A DNA stretch of 55,117 bases, filler included, from Basidioascus undulatus (Eukaryota): NCBI GenBank assembly GCA_000826855.1. It is 3 parts of 3 records of this genome, joined end to end, with 100 filler letters (N's around TTAATTAATTAA, not from the genome) between each part and the next. Parts side by side here need not be neighbours in the genome. Positions count along the whole stretch, not along the records: positions 1 to 18,336 come from JTLS01000472.1; 2 more parts are not named here. One strand, written 5' to 3'. Positions 1 to 11,606 of the stretch are shown here, piece by piece; positions within the stretch are counted from its first letter, which is position 1, and every line of letters begins with the position of its first letter. Position numbers and translations under genes: made by a program. The notes under the pieces are model-generated. The model had not been told where the DNA came from. It saw nothing but the letters and a program-made list of their open reading frames with translations, and ran no database searches.

Positions 1-1110
1 TCGGGTCGTGGGGGGTTGGGAGGAGGGAGAAGGGACAGCCTGCGCACCGTGCGTCGCCCAGTCCTTGTTCTCCCCCTGGATCTTGAAGATGCCCTTCTTG
101 CCGGTCTTGTTATCGTAGTCGACCCCTTCACCGCATCGCGCCAATCAGATGCAGCGCTCCTCCCCGCCAACACGCCCGGAAAGTTACCGGTGAAGTGGTT
201 GAAGCTGGACACAATCCGAAACCCCTGCTCAGTCCCGGAACGAAGGTTGACGAACAAGGAATAAGATCTACGCACTTCCATTGCATTTTACTGTACTGCC
301 CGTTTCGCGGCTCGAACTTGAAGCTCGTCCATCCCTCGATGTCGAACGGCTCGCCGAGCTCCTTCTGCCGGTCGTCCTGGTCGACCTCAATCACCTTGAA
401 GAGCTCCGTCCCGTCCGCGCCGAGCTTGTGCTTCACACCCTCACCACCATCTCAGTTAGCGTGAATGGGGATGACGGGGCCGGATGGCACGCACGTTCAG
501 GACTGCGTCGATGTAGGTTACAATGCCCTTTTTCTTGGCGTACTTGACGGCTGCGACGAGCTGCTCCTCTACACACCACCATCGCATGATTGCCCTCTCA
601 GCTACTGAGAAAGGCAGAGGGGAGGAGAAGGGACTTACTCGTGCCGTACTTCGTCGCGACCCCACCGCCCTGGTCGAACTCGCCGAGGTCCCAGATGTCC
701 TTGATCCCATACCCGACGTCCGCCTGGCGCCAACCACCCTCATCTCAGCCCTCCTAGTTCGACAACCATGCAAGGGAGGAGGGGCGGACCGGAGAGCTGC
801 CCTTTGTCGGCGGCGGGAGCCACGCAGCGGTGATGCCCATGTCGGCGAGCTTGTCCACTTTCTCTTTGAACACTGCGTCCTCCGCCAATGTTCACCCCAA
901 CCTTCTCCTACAAACTTGTATTCGGCACTCACAGTTCCAGTGCTTCCCCTGCTCGAACACGTCTCATGGTCAGTCAGCCTCGCGTCGTGGGAGGCGAGAG
1001 GAGAGGTGAGCGAGCCCACGCACCCCCTCCGGAAGGTACCACTCAAACGCCTGGAGCATGGTGTAATTCTGCTCGCGGGGGACAGAACGCTGGTTCGCGC
1101 GGCTGGCCAT
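1..1110 (-). CDS. Intracellular alpha-amylase, GH13 subfamily 5 (bacterial liquefying-type); 5' part only, runs off the window start; multi-exon
   Basis: Spliced translation: MASRANQRSVPREQNYTMLQAFEWYLPEG...DVGYGIKDIWDLGEFDQGGGVATKYGT...GIVTYIDAVLNHKLGADGTE...GWTSFKFEPRNGQYSKMQWNFNHFTGVDYDNKTGKKGIFKIQGENKDWA. This matches the GH13_5 signatures (QxFEWY, GYxxxDxxDLGEFDQ, DxVxNH, HFxGxDxD). No signal peptide. Confidence 0.93.
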
Positions 1111-2325
1111 ATTGTCCTGACCGAGTGTATCGTTTCTACACAACGACAATCATGTCCATCCCATCAGTCACGCCCACCTGCAGCCTCTCATAAGCGACCG
1201 CGTACGTCTAGGATGGTATACTGGTTTGTTGAAGGTATCTTCGATTGAGAGATGAAAAGTGGGTGGTGGTATGAGTTCAACGACCGCTGGTTGGGCTTTT
1301 GACTGCTCCCAGGGCAGGGAGCTGCTAGTCCTGAAGCGGGCCCACCTGGGTTCGCAGTCGCGCACTGTGGAGCGCGTCATCGCCACGTGCAAGGCTCATC
1401 GGATGGATGCAAAATCATTACTCCATGGAACTGCGCGTATTCCCAGTTCGTGCTGGCTGATGCGCGAAGAGTATAAAAAGCTGAAATGTTTTCAATCTAT
1501 TGAAAGGGTTTGAGAAGTGAGAGTAAGACGCGTAAGTTGCCCAGTCGCGACTGGTCTGCGAATCGTTGTACCCATTCTGTGATCAACGTCGTGAGGCTGG
1601 CTCTTGCCTATCGGTGCTGCCGGTTCACAGACGGTACAAGGTGCGCTGCATTTTCTTGAATAGAGTATCGGGCCATGGGCGTCGAGTTGGAGGGTGGGTT
1701 GGCGGGCCTGGGAGGAAGAGGTTGCTGGGAGCACAGGTCCGTATCTATCTCCTTGAATCGCTCTATCTCCGCCATATATTTCTTCTCACTGTGGCGATTC
1801 ATCTACCTGTTCACCGCAACGTCCTCCCATCAAACCCAGACTCGAGCTAGGAGGGGACTCCCCCTCCGAGCAGGATGTGTTGTTCACCCTGACCGCCTCA
1901 CGCTCGTCTTGCCGCTACTGCACTGATGTACTCGATCGTAGAGGATAACTCGATCAGGCTGCGCTGCACGTCACTCTTCTCGAACCAAGCTCCTCAAGGT
2001 TGTTTCTGGGCGCGCCATGGGCTTTGTAGACGGGTCAGCGCTCATGGACCAACTCCTATTCGCTCTTGCGTCCAGCCAAATCCTTGACTTTCCGCCAATT
2101 TGCTGCACTCCCGGTAGAGTCAGCGGCTGAGTGCCGACCTGCGAGATGGACGTGCGCCGGTTGGCGTCGGGCGCCAGGCACGAGCTTGCACGAGCCGTCT
2201 TACTCTTTGACGGCAAACGCAAGCGGGCCTCCACTTGACGTGCTCGATCAGCGTGCGGCCGCCTTCCTGCTCCCACTCTCGCTCTCACTCTCTTTCTCTC
2301 CTTCGTTTCACTAACAAAAACAATA

Positions 2326-4795
2326 ATGTCCACAGCGGAAACGGAGCCGCTCCTCCCCGCGCCGACGCCCTCGGACGCGCCCGCCAAGCGGCGGCGGGGG
2401 AACGGCCTCCGCCCGCGCAGCGTCGCGGCCTACTCTGCACTCCTCCTCGTCCTCGTCTTTGGTCTCTCGGCGGCGATCGTCCTCCAGGACCGCCGTGCGT
2501 TCAACGCAGTCCGGTTTAGGCTTCTCAGGTGCTGATGGGCTTGGAAGGAATCTAGTGCACCCCGATCCGCCAGTGCACAATGGCCCGCCGGGCCCCTTTC
2601 CGTTCCCCATACCCGACGTGCCCCCCGGCCCGCGGAACCCGAGCTACCTCGCCAAGGGCAAGCATGGCGCGGTGGCGGCTGAGCAGGAGACGTGCTCGGA
2701 CATTGGAGTGGATGTTCTTAGAGTGCGTTGGGAGGCATATCATGGGCATTGGCAGCGGCGGCTGATAAGCAGTGCAGGATGGCGGGAGCGCAACGGACGC
2801 TGGTATCGCTGCCGTTCTTTGCGGTGCGCATTTACCCTAGTAAAAGCTACCTGGTAAAACCTCAACCCTTCCTTTCACAGTTGGCGTGGTCTCCATGTTC
2901 TCCTCCGGCATCGGCGGGGGCGGCTTCCTGACCGTCCGGCCCGCCTCCCCCTCCCCCGTCAACCCGGTGCTCACGATCGACTTCCGCGAGACCGCGCCCG
3001 GCGCCGCGCACCCGCGCATGTTCGTGCACGATCCGCAGGCGGCGCAGATCGGGGGGCTCGCCGTCGGCGTGCCGGGCGAGCTGGCGGGGCTGGCCGAGGC
3101 ACACAAGCGGTTCGGGAAGCTCAGCTGGGAGCGCGTTGTTAGGCCTGCGGCGGAGCTCGCGGAGGGGTGGAGAGTGGGGAGGGAGCTGGAGAGGAGAATC
3201 AAGGTGCGCTTTGGGGTGGGCGCGAGAGGTGGCAGGAAGGGCTGATGGAGAGGGAGGGATGAGGACAGATGTTTGGCGACTTCCTCGGGACAGAGCCGCT
3301 CTGGAAGGATATTTTCGCGCCGAACGGGACGCTCTTGCGGGAGGGTGACTGGATCTCGCGCCCCGCTTACGCGCGCACGCTGCACACGATTGCCGAGCAA
3401 GGTCCCTCCGCCTTCTACCACGTGCGTCTCTCCCCTTCTCCCCTCTCCCTTCTCCAACTGACAAGAGCCCCTTTGTGCAGGGACCCATCGCCTCTCACAT
3501 CGCCGCCGCCGCGCGCGCGCACGGGGGGATCCTAACCGCCGCCGACCTCGCTTCCTACAAAGCGCTCGTCGAGCCCGCCCTGCAGGGATCGTACCGCGGC
3601 CGGGCGGTGTACACGTCCCCCGCGCCGACGAGCGGGCCGATCCTGCTCTTCATGCTCAACGTGCTCGAGCGCTGGGCGCCGGGCGAGACGGCGCAGAACG
3701 TCCATCGGCTGGTGGAGACTATGAAGTGTGCGTTTGAGGGAGTGCGGAGGCGGGGGGGAGGGACGGCACTGATAGTGATGTCGGGGACGGGATGGCAGTC
3801 GCTTTCGCCGCAAGGACGGAGCTCGCGGACCCTAAGTTCAACGAGGCTAACGCGCCCAAGGTCGCACGCATCCCGACTAAGGAGTACGCGGACGAGATCG
3901 CAAAGCTCATCACTCCTGTGCGTCCTCCTCTGCGCTGGAGGGTTTGGATGATGGCTGACGCGGGGTGTGGGGACAGAACACGCACGAGTGGGAATACTAC
4001 GACCCGCGGTTTGACCTGCCCGAGCCGCACGGGACGGTAAGGCTGGGCTTGTCTTCATCCCTTCCACACTCTAGAAGTTCACCGGCTGCCCCGCAGACCC
4101 ACGTCTCCGCGGTCGACCGGAACGGGAGTGCGATGGGCATCACGTCCACCGTGAACCTGGTCTTTGGCTCGCGTGTGATGGACCCCGAGACGGGTATCAT
4201 CCTGAACGACGAGGCACGTTCCACCCTCACTGCTCTTTCTCGCATCTTCCCTAACACCCCTCTCCCCCCGCAGATGGACGACTTCTCGATCCCGGGCGTG
4301 CCCAACGCGTTCGGGCTCATGCCCTCGCCGTTCAACTACCCCGAGCCCGGGAAGCGCTCGCTCTCCTCCACAGCGCCGACGGTCGTCGAGCGCGCGGACG
4401 GCTCGCTCTACGCCGTCCTCGGCGGGAGCGGCGGGAGCCGCATCTTCGGGAGCGTCGCGCAGGTGCTGCTGAACCTCGAGCGCGGGTTGGACGTCAGCGA
4501 GGCGGTCGAGGAGCCGAGGCTGCACGACCAGCTCTTCCCCCACACGGTCACGATTGAGTCTGGGTTCCCGAACAACCTCGTCCGTGCGCTCGAGGCGCGC
4601 GGGCACAACACCACCGTGTTCAACATCAACCTTGGCGTCGCGGAAGTGCAGGCCATCGTGCGGGACGAGGACGGCACGGTTTGGGGTACGCCTCTCTTTC
4701 TCTCCTCTTTCGCCTGATCCGGTTCGCTAACTATGGCCGCCTTCGTCGCAGCCGCGAGCGATTCAAGGAAGAACGGGGTCGCCGCAGCGTATTGA
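2326..4795 (+). CDS. Gamma-glutamyltranspeptidase (glutathione hydrolase), type II membrane protein; multi-exon
   Basis: N-terminal TM segment (YSALLLVLVFGLSAAIVL). Motifs HGAVAAE, SSGIGGGGF, IDFRETAP, VGVPGEL, HGT|THVSAVD (catalytic Thr), TSTVNLVFGS, LNDEMDDFS, PGKRSLSS, GGSGGSRI, ending ASDSRKNGVAAAY-TGA at 4793-4795. Confidence 0.95.
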
Positions 4796-5405
4796 GGGGG
4801 AGCGCGGGCGGGGCTGGTTGGCGAGGATTGCTTGTTGTAATACTGAACTTCCATCTTGGGACATAGAAGCGGATACCCGATGCACTACCGTTCATTCCCT
4901 ACAAAGGCCTGCCAAGCGCTGCAGTTCCATTCGTCGAAGTGCTGGAGCACTGACCGCAACTGGCTGCTCAGTTGCAGGGAAGCGGGACGCTTACGATGCT
5001 CTCCCATATATGAATAAGGATACTGGAATTGAGCGCGCTACTCTTGCAACACCTGCATTCGTTTCAGTAGGCGCGGTCCTGCCTCGTGCGTTTCTCGCGG
5101 GCTCGCGACTTGTATTCTGGCCGCCAAATCATCTGAAGTCGCAATTGCTAAAGGCACTCGGTCGAATATCTAATAAATGTCGCTTTTCATGCTGATTTTA
5201 GGGAGTGTAGGGTTCAGGGAATGCGGTACAAGTGAGGGAGTGATGGTGAGTAGGTGCGGGAGACACGGAGCGATGCCGAAGCCCAAGATAATACGTGAAG
5301 AAGTGCGAAGTAGAACGGGAATACAGTGTAAGGTCTTAACTAAGCGAAAGCAGGAACAGTTGCGGTAACGGGAAAGAAAGAGGAAAAATTGTCCAGAAAA
5401 ATTGT

Positions 5406-8400
5406 TCAGAACCCGCCGTTGCGGAGAGAGCGACGGTTGGGGCATTGTTGGCAGTAGCGCCCGTCGCGCGAGACCCGGATTCAAGGCAAGGACGGGAGGC
5501 ACGACGGTCAGCCAGCAGAAAAGGGAAGGCAAACGGCTCTGAAGAACGCACCGCACAAGCCGGCCTTGCAGCCCATCGTCGAGCGGCCTCGATCTGCGTG
5601 CAGTCGACGCCGGCGCCCATGGACGCGCAACCGCCGCACGAATCGAGCTCCTGTTGGGTCGAGGCACTCGAACGCGCCCACCTGCGCGCCCTGGACGGGG
5701 CAAGCGGAAAGGCCAGCGGGGCAGTAGAGCGCGTCGCCCGAGAGCGGGTTCTGCTGGTGCTTGCGGATCGCCTTCTGCGAAGCCGGCAGAACGCAGATCT
5801 TCTTCCTGCCGCTGACGATCTCGACGTACGTGTCGTCGCACTCGCAGCCCTTGCCCGCAACGAAGTGGGAATTGGGCTTGGACCGCAGAGCATCGATGGC
5901 TGATTAGGACACGATGCCAGTGGGAACTCGACAAAACGGAAGAACGTACGGCACACTTGGACTTGCACTTGCCATTGTCGTAGTCGTAGCCGTCGGCGCA
6001 CTCGTAGTAGCAGGGGTTCAAGAAGTTCCCCTTGCTAGACGATTGGAGAATACGGGCATCAGCTGAGAAAAACAAGAGCTGCCATCAGTCCGCGTCGAGA
6101 CTCACGCGACAGAGTTTACGACTTGAGGGCAGCACTGGCTCTTGTTGTAGAGGCCGAAGAAAGACTTGTACGGCCCCTGGACTGCGTAGCCGGAGTTGCA
6201 CTGGCACGTGTTGTCGTTGCTGTATACAACGCCCGTTAGCGTACTGAACGTTTGCCATTCGGAACCATCGTTGCGTACAAGTTGTCATCCTCGGTCGGGG
6301 CATTCTCGCACTCGCACTTGCGCGACTGGGTGCCGAACATCTTGCCGGCGTGTTAGACATCGAAACGTAAGCATGCCATATAATTGGGCGCAAGGGCAAG
6401 GCGAGTACGTACCGGGCACTAAACGGAAACACAGTTGTCGCCGTTGGTGGCCTTCTGGTATCCAGCGTCGCAAACGCAGCTCTTCTTGGTCCAGTCCCAA
6501 TGCGAGTTGGTCTGCAGCATGTTTGCGGGGAATCAGTGGACCGCAACGTTGACCCAAAGTGATGGCACCCAGAGGGCACTTCTTCTGGCAGTCATCGCCA
6601 ACGGCGAAGCAGTCGTCGTTGCAGACGCGCTTCTTCTTGTCGGAGTCCCAGTGCTTATTGGTCTGCATTCCGTCCCCCAGCGTCAGAAGTAGCGCATGCG
6701 GACCGCAAGATCGATTTGCACCCACAGGACATGCCGGCCAACGTGACAGGGTGAGCGACGATGACAGTGACTGCATGTCCTCACCGTGAGATCATGCATC
6801 TGCTGCTCCATTCGGGACATGGCGGCTACCATACGTCCCATCGTATCACCCTGAGCGTGTGATCTCCATGCAAGTGCCTGAAGGTGCTCATTGGTGACCT
6901 CAGAGTTCCTTACTAGCCTTGTGAGGAGCATGTGTGTGGTGGCCGACCTGGAGACAGTGCCCACGAGCTTGTTGATGGACTTATCTTCACTCCCAGGCTC
7001 GTCCTTGACAGGATCTTCAGGGACCCTCATGGCCTCAAGCTCGTCAGCGAGTTTGTCCATGGCGGCAATGGAGGCACAAGCATGGCTGTGTGCTCATCCA
7101 TCTGCCATGACTAGTACGGGTGGGCGCCGACTACAGAACCATCCCCTAAGTCGCGAGAGGTGAGCACAGCTTGCATCAGGGGGTACCCGGCGCGATGCCC
7201 AACCCGAAGACCCTGATGCCGTGCATACCCAGAGCCCTTGTTCGCCTCTCGATACCACCAATCACTACCACCTTGCGCTAGCGGCATGGGCGCTGAGTGT
7301 CGTAGGCCCCGAAGAGGGCGCCGTTTCTCCTTACTGGCGCTGTATATGGACGCTGGGAACCTGGGTGTATCCTAACGGGCTGGTGGTCTCGTGGTCGAGA
7401 ATGCAGCCGGTGATAAGCACAGCGACAGTGCAGGTGCGAGAGGACCTGGGGCCGCTGTTGCGAGTACGAGACGAGCTGGTGTCTAGAGGAGCCACGAGGA
7501 GCTCGGTTACCGTGAAGAGATTCGCGCACCACTCTCATACCTTTGATGCCCATGCCACCACAACCAGGGGATGGAACATCGTGCAGACAGGAGAGCAAGA
7601 CAGCAAGGCCGATTACACTCCCCTTAAAGTCTCCCATACTGGGGACATTCAGTTCAACGGCAACCCCGGGGCGTTAGCGGGCGCATTCTCGGCGCTGTCA
7701 GTAACGCTCAGGAAGGCTCTCACCGGCCCCCGTAGCGGTGCCTTCATCAGCACGCTCCGCAAGTTTTAGACATTGATCCCTGACTTGATAGCTGCCCATT
7801 CTGCTAGTACGGCTTGCACTTGCCCCGGCTGTTCATGTAGTAGCCGTCGACGCACTTGCACTTGTTGTCGTCGCTGGAGCGAACAAAATGAGCATGTGTG
7901 CTGCCTATACGGGTTCTGCACATGACCTACAAGTACTGGGCAGTGTCGCCCGTGGGCCGGTTCGGGCAGTAGTAGCAGTTATGCGACTCGCGGTCGTATA
8001 CACGGTTGTTCAGCATGACGCGCCGACAAAGTCAGATGCCATGAGCCAAAGAACAGCATTATTGACTCCGAAAAGAGGACGCACATAGCACTGGACGTTG
8101 CACTGGCGGTTCTGCTTGTCCCGAGAGCACGAACCGTGACCGTTAACGATGGAGTTGCACTATCGCACGAGGGTGAGGGTCCGGACGATGAAGCAGAAAC
8201 CTTGGTGCAACGAACCGTAAAGCCGCCGGAACAATCGGTCATCTCGCAGTAGTCAGGGTAGTCCCAACACTATGTATGATAAAAATCAGCGCTGAACTGC
8301 AGAGAGAAAAGCGAAGGACAGGATTAACTTACGCCGACATCCTTGCGGTTTTTCTCACAGTCCTTCCCAGTCAACTCTCCAACTTTTTCTTATGACACCC

Positions 8401-8782
8401 GCGAACGAATCCGCGTCGATGTCGGCGAGACAGTAGGCATCGTCCTTTCGCCGTCCTGTGACCGCCTCGACTGAGCATGACGTAAAGTAGAGCAATTATG
8501 ATGGGACTTACCTGCCCGTATTTCCCGCCATCGCCCTGCTGCGGACGACCTTGGATGACGCCCTTGTTCGACGCGGCAAGGTGTACGACGGCTGCCGCTC
8601 GCTGTCCTTGTTGGAGCATCCGAACTTGTTGTTGCCGTAGAAGGACCAGGACGTGCGGGTGTGCAGAGTGTAGTTGGGGTACAAGACGGCCGGTAGGTGG
8701 TGAGAGGTCGAGTCGGCGCTGGTGGAAGGGGCGGCCGACAGAGCGGCGAGGCGAGAGCGAAGAGGGCAAGCGGCGAGTGCAT
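5406..8782 (-). pseudogene. Secreted Cys-rich PriA/Cpl1-like protein, frameshifted and interrupted by a 1.07 kb insertion
   Basis: Signal-like start MHSPLALFALA(ALSAAP). Repeated CxC/CPxGA Cys units. C-terminal CPAGLSACPV...FECLD.QQELDSCGGCASMGAGVDCTQIE, typical of basidiomycete PriA/Cpl1. Frame changes are needed near 8745, 8580, 8370-8400 and 5655. The 3' end is approximate. Confidence 0.8.
6732..7805. mobile_element. Unclassified ~1074 bp insertion inside a PriA-like exon
   Basis: Removing 6732-7805, counting the shared A once, restores minus-strand ...AAG TGC AAG CCG TAC TGT CCT GTG GGT GCA (KCKPYCPVGA), matching the gene's other CPxGA units. No TIR or terminal TSD seen. Confidence 0.75.
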
Positions 8783-11606
8783 GTCAGGCTTGATGGATCG
8801 AAGAGAGGTCGACGGGCCGGGAGGGAAACCAAAGACGATTACCTGCGAAGGCGGCGCCACGGTAGCGGAGGGAAGGGGGTGAGGGTAAAGGAAAGAGAGA
8901 CGGGTGAGAAGAGGGGGACAGTCTGGCGATGATAAAAAAGAGCTCGATGCTTATACGCGGCAGATTCGCACCCGGGTTTTCCAAACCATAATTGCAAGCA
9001 GCACGGTTCCTGTTATGCCTCGAATGAGCGACTCCCAGGCGGGGGTACGGAGAGCGGGGATACGGAGGTGCGTGGTCTTCATGAGAAGCCTCGAGGCCGC
9101 AGGGGCCGCATGTGGCAGAGTCAGACACGGGGAGGTCGAGTGGCAGTCGTCCGCAAGCCCGGGGATCGAAAGAAAGATATTCGAAAACAATAATGAAGTA
9201 TGTTCAGCAATAACCAGTCATAGCAACGGAATGGATAGAGATCAAGGCAGCCGAGAAGACGAGCGGGGAAGAGGAACAGGAAGAGACGGCCCTCGCATTC
9301 GTTTATTGAAACATCTTTTATCATCCCACCATGCTCACGTTCGCCTTGCGAGCCACATTTCTGACTGACTGATTCTTCACGCGTGCATGTCAACCGGATG
9401 GCGTCCCTTGCAAAGATCTGTATTGAGCAGCAGCGGATGCTTACTGTGCCCGAAAATGAGTATGAAAGTGGTTTCATGCGGCCCCTACTTATATGGAGAC
9501 ACGACGATTTCGGGTGGATCGGATCTGCTCAGGCTGCAAGGACGGCGGACGCCCATCCCCGAGCATAGGTCCCTCCCGTTTGGCCAGATGTCCCCCTCGT
9601 AATACTCCAAACGTGCACGGTTCTGGCAAATCACTCCCATCTCCTTATCTTAGTGAGTGTCTTCGTCTGCTCCCGGGCGTGTCTAGATAACTATCGTCCA
9701 GTGGGCACAATTGGGGACGCCGAACGTGTCTTTTTCAGAACATCTGTTTTGCATTCGTTGGGCAGCACAGATCAAAGCTGTTCCGAGTGAGGATTGTTGT
9801 TTTGAAGGAAAATTTGAAGAAGACAAAATTCAAACTTCTGGGATTTGGCGGAGGCGTCCCGCTGTGGGTCATCGCAGGCCATTGTAGGTAAGACAGCGTG
9901 GCCTGGTCTCGCCGCGGCTCCACCCGATCACGGCTCCTCTCAACCAGCATCTCTGCGTGGAAGTATGCTGTCGGCACCTTCACATGATACGGAGGGCCTA
10001 ATGCTACAGGAGTGGTACCACCGGACCTCGTGGCGCTCGGGGACAGCGATGCTGCACACGCTGAGTGCGAAGCCCTGACAAGGGAAAGTATGTTCTGGCT
10101 CGCTTACAGGTGAGGACGGTATCCAGAAGGGTCTGGGCCCAGAACTTCTTGTCTATTCAAGCAGGGTGACGGAGCTCAGTCCATTCTCGTAGCATCGCGA
10201 TTCAGCGGAGCCGGGACTGCGTCCAAAGCGAGGGCACTATTCGGCAGCCGCTCGAACCTGGCAATGGTATAGATGGTGAAAGCAAAAAGGCCTCTTTAAT
10301 GAGGGGGGGATTGCTATTTAAGCCCAGGCAGTAAATACGCTGTTATTCGCTTAGGTAGGTGTGAGGATAGGCTGACATGCGCTGCACAATTGCCCAACTC
10401 GCAGTTTGTGGTCGATGGAGCAGCCCACTTTCGGAAAGCACCCTTTATACGATTGCAAGGACATCCAAACACCCCCAGTCCACTTATACTGAGTATCCAG
10501 AGTTAAGGGTGTTCTAGCAATAGAGACTAACAGTACGGTGCCCTCGACATGCATCGTAAAACCAAAGCACTTTGACTGCCAGTGCCACCGGCGTTCGGGA
10601 TCAGGAAAAGCTGGCATTACTGGAGGTAATTACAAAGTAAACTAAAATGCTCTCCAAATTTTCGTGTTCCTGAAGAGTCCTCCCTGTCTGCTCTCGAGAG
10701 CAAGCGCCTGGCTGGTCAGTTGTCACCGCTGAAGCAGCAATACGACCCAGAACCTCTGTCTCACCCTCTGAACAGTCCAGCCTTGAATCTCTCATGAACC
10801 ACCCTAAATCTTATTGCCCGCTTACAGTGGCGTTACCAGTACAAGAACGCGAGCAGAGGAGTGCAATGGATCCCACCTTCGACGTGCGCCTGACGCGATA
10901 TGCAAACGCACAAACCTCTGCCACCTTCAGACCGCTGGGTCGGTATTGCTTTGGAGAATTCCAGAACTCTCGAAACCAGAACCGAGGTGCGACTCTCAGT
11001 CCCGGCAGGGCGCTCACAGTCTGCCGTGTGGCGCCTGATCGCTGCGTAGGATTAATCCTACACAGCGTTGTGCGCATGGTTTGGTCCCACCACTACAGAG
11101 GGTAAAGATGCTCTTATAGCCCCATTAGTGATCATGCAAGGATCTGAAATGAGTTCTGATCGAGAGGTGGGTCATGAAAGGGCCCAAACAGCGTTTTACC
11201 ATCTTCATAAAGCTCTTCAGATTATTTGTCTACCATTCATCTTCACGGCGCCCACGGGCGTCAGAAGCTCAAGGCGCTTTGCTTTGCTTGTCCACCGTGA
11301 CGTACGCAGGACACCTCGATAGGGCGACTCCGGTACGACTTCGAGGAAGTGACACGATGCCATTCCACACAGCAAAGGTAGAAGCAAAACACACCCCCAT
11401 ACAGTGGGCGAGAAAAGGAGCAAAGCATTGTCCATGTCGGCAAGCATAATAAAGTAAAGTAAACACAAAGAAGAAACCGAAGAAAGTGCAGGTATACACA
11501 TGCAGCGCGGGGGCGACCCGCGCCCGTTGCGCTTCGACAGAGCGTTGAGTGTTTTTGTGATAATGCTTGGAACTCATGTGGCGGGTAATGCAATGAAAGG
11601 GAGGGA

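Noticed and set aside
1500..2250. Minus-strand short ORFs between the amylase and GGT genes
   Set aside because: Fragmentary with no family motif; treated as divergent intergenic DNA.
6732..7808. Helitron interpretation of the insert (CTAG near the right end)
   Set aside because: There is no 5' TC and no clear subterminal hairpin, and placing the boundary after CTAG breaks the restored host frame.
7755..7810. Minus-strand VLAEWAAIKSGINV* followed by TAAAACTT, loosely like a negative-strand mycovirus gene junction
   Set aside because: The match is short, partial and from memory, so it is not supportable without an alignment.
8950..11500. Short ORFs in the AT-richer spacer between the PriA-like gene and chitin synthase
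   Set aside because: No recognisable motifs, repeats or TE termini.
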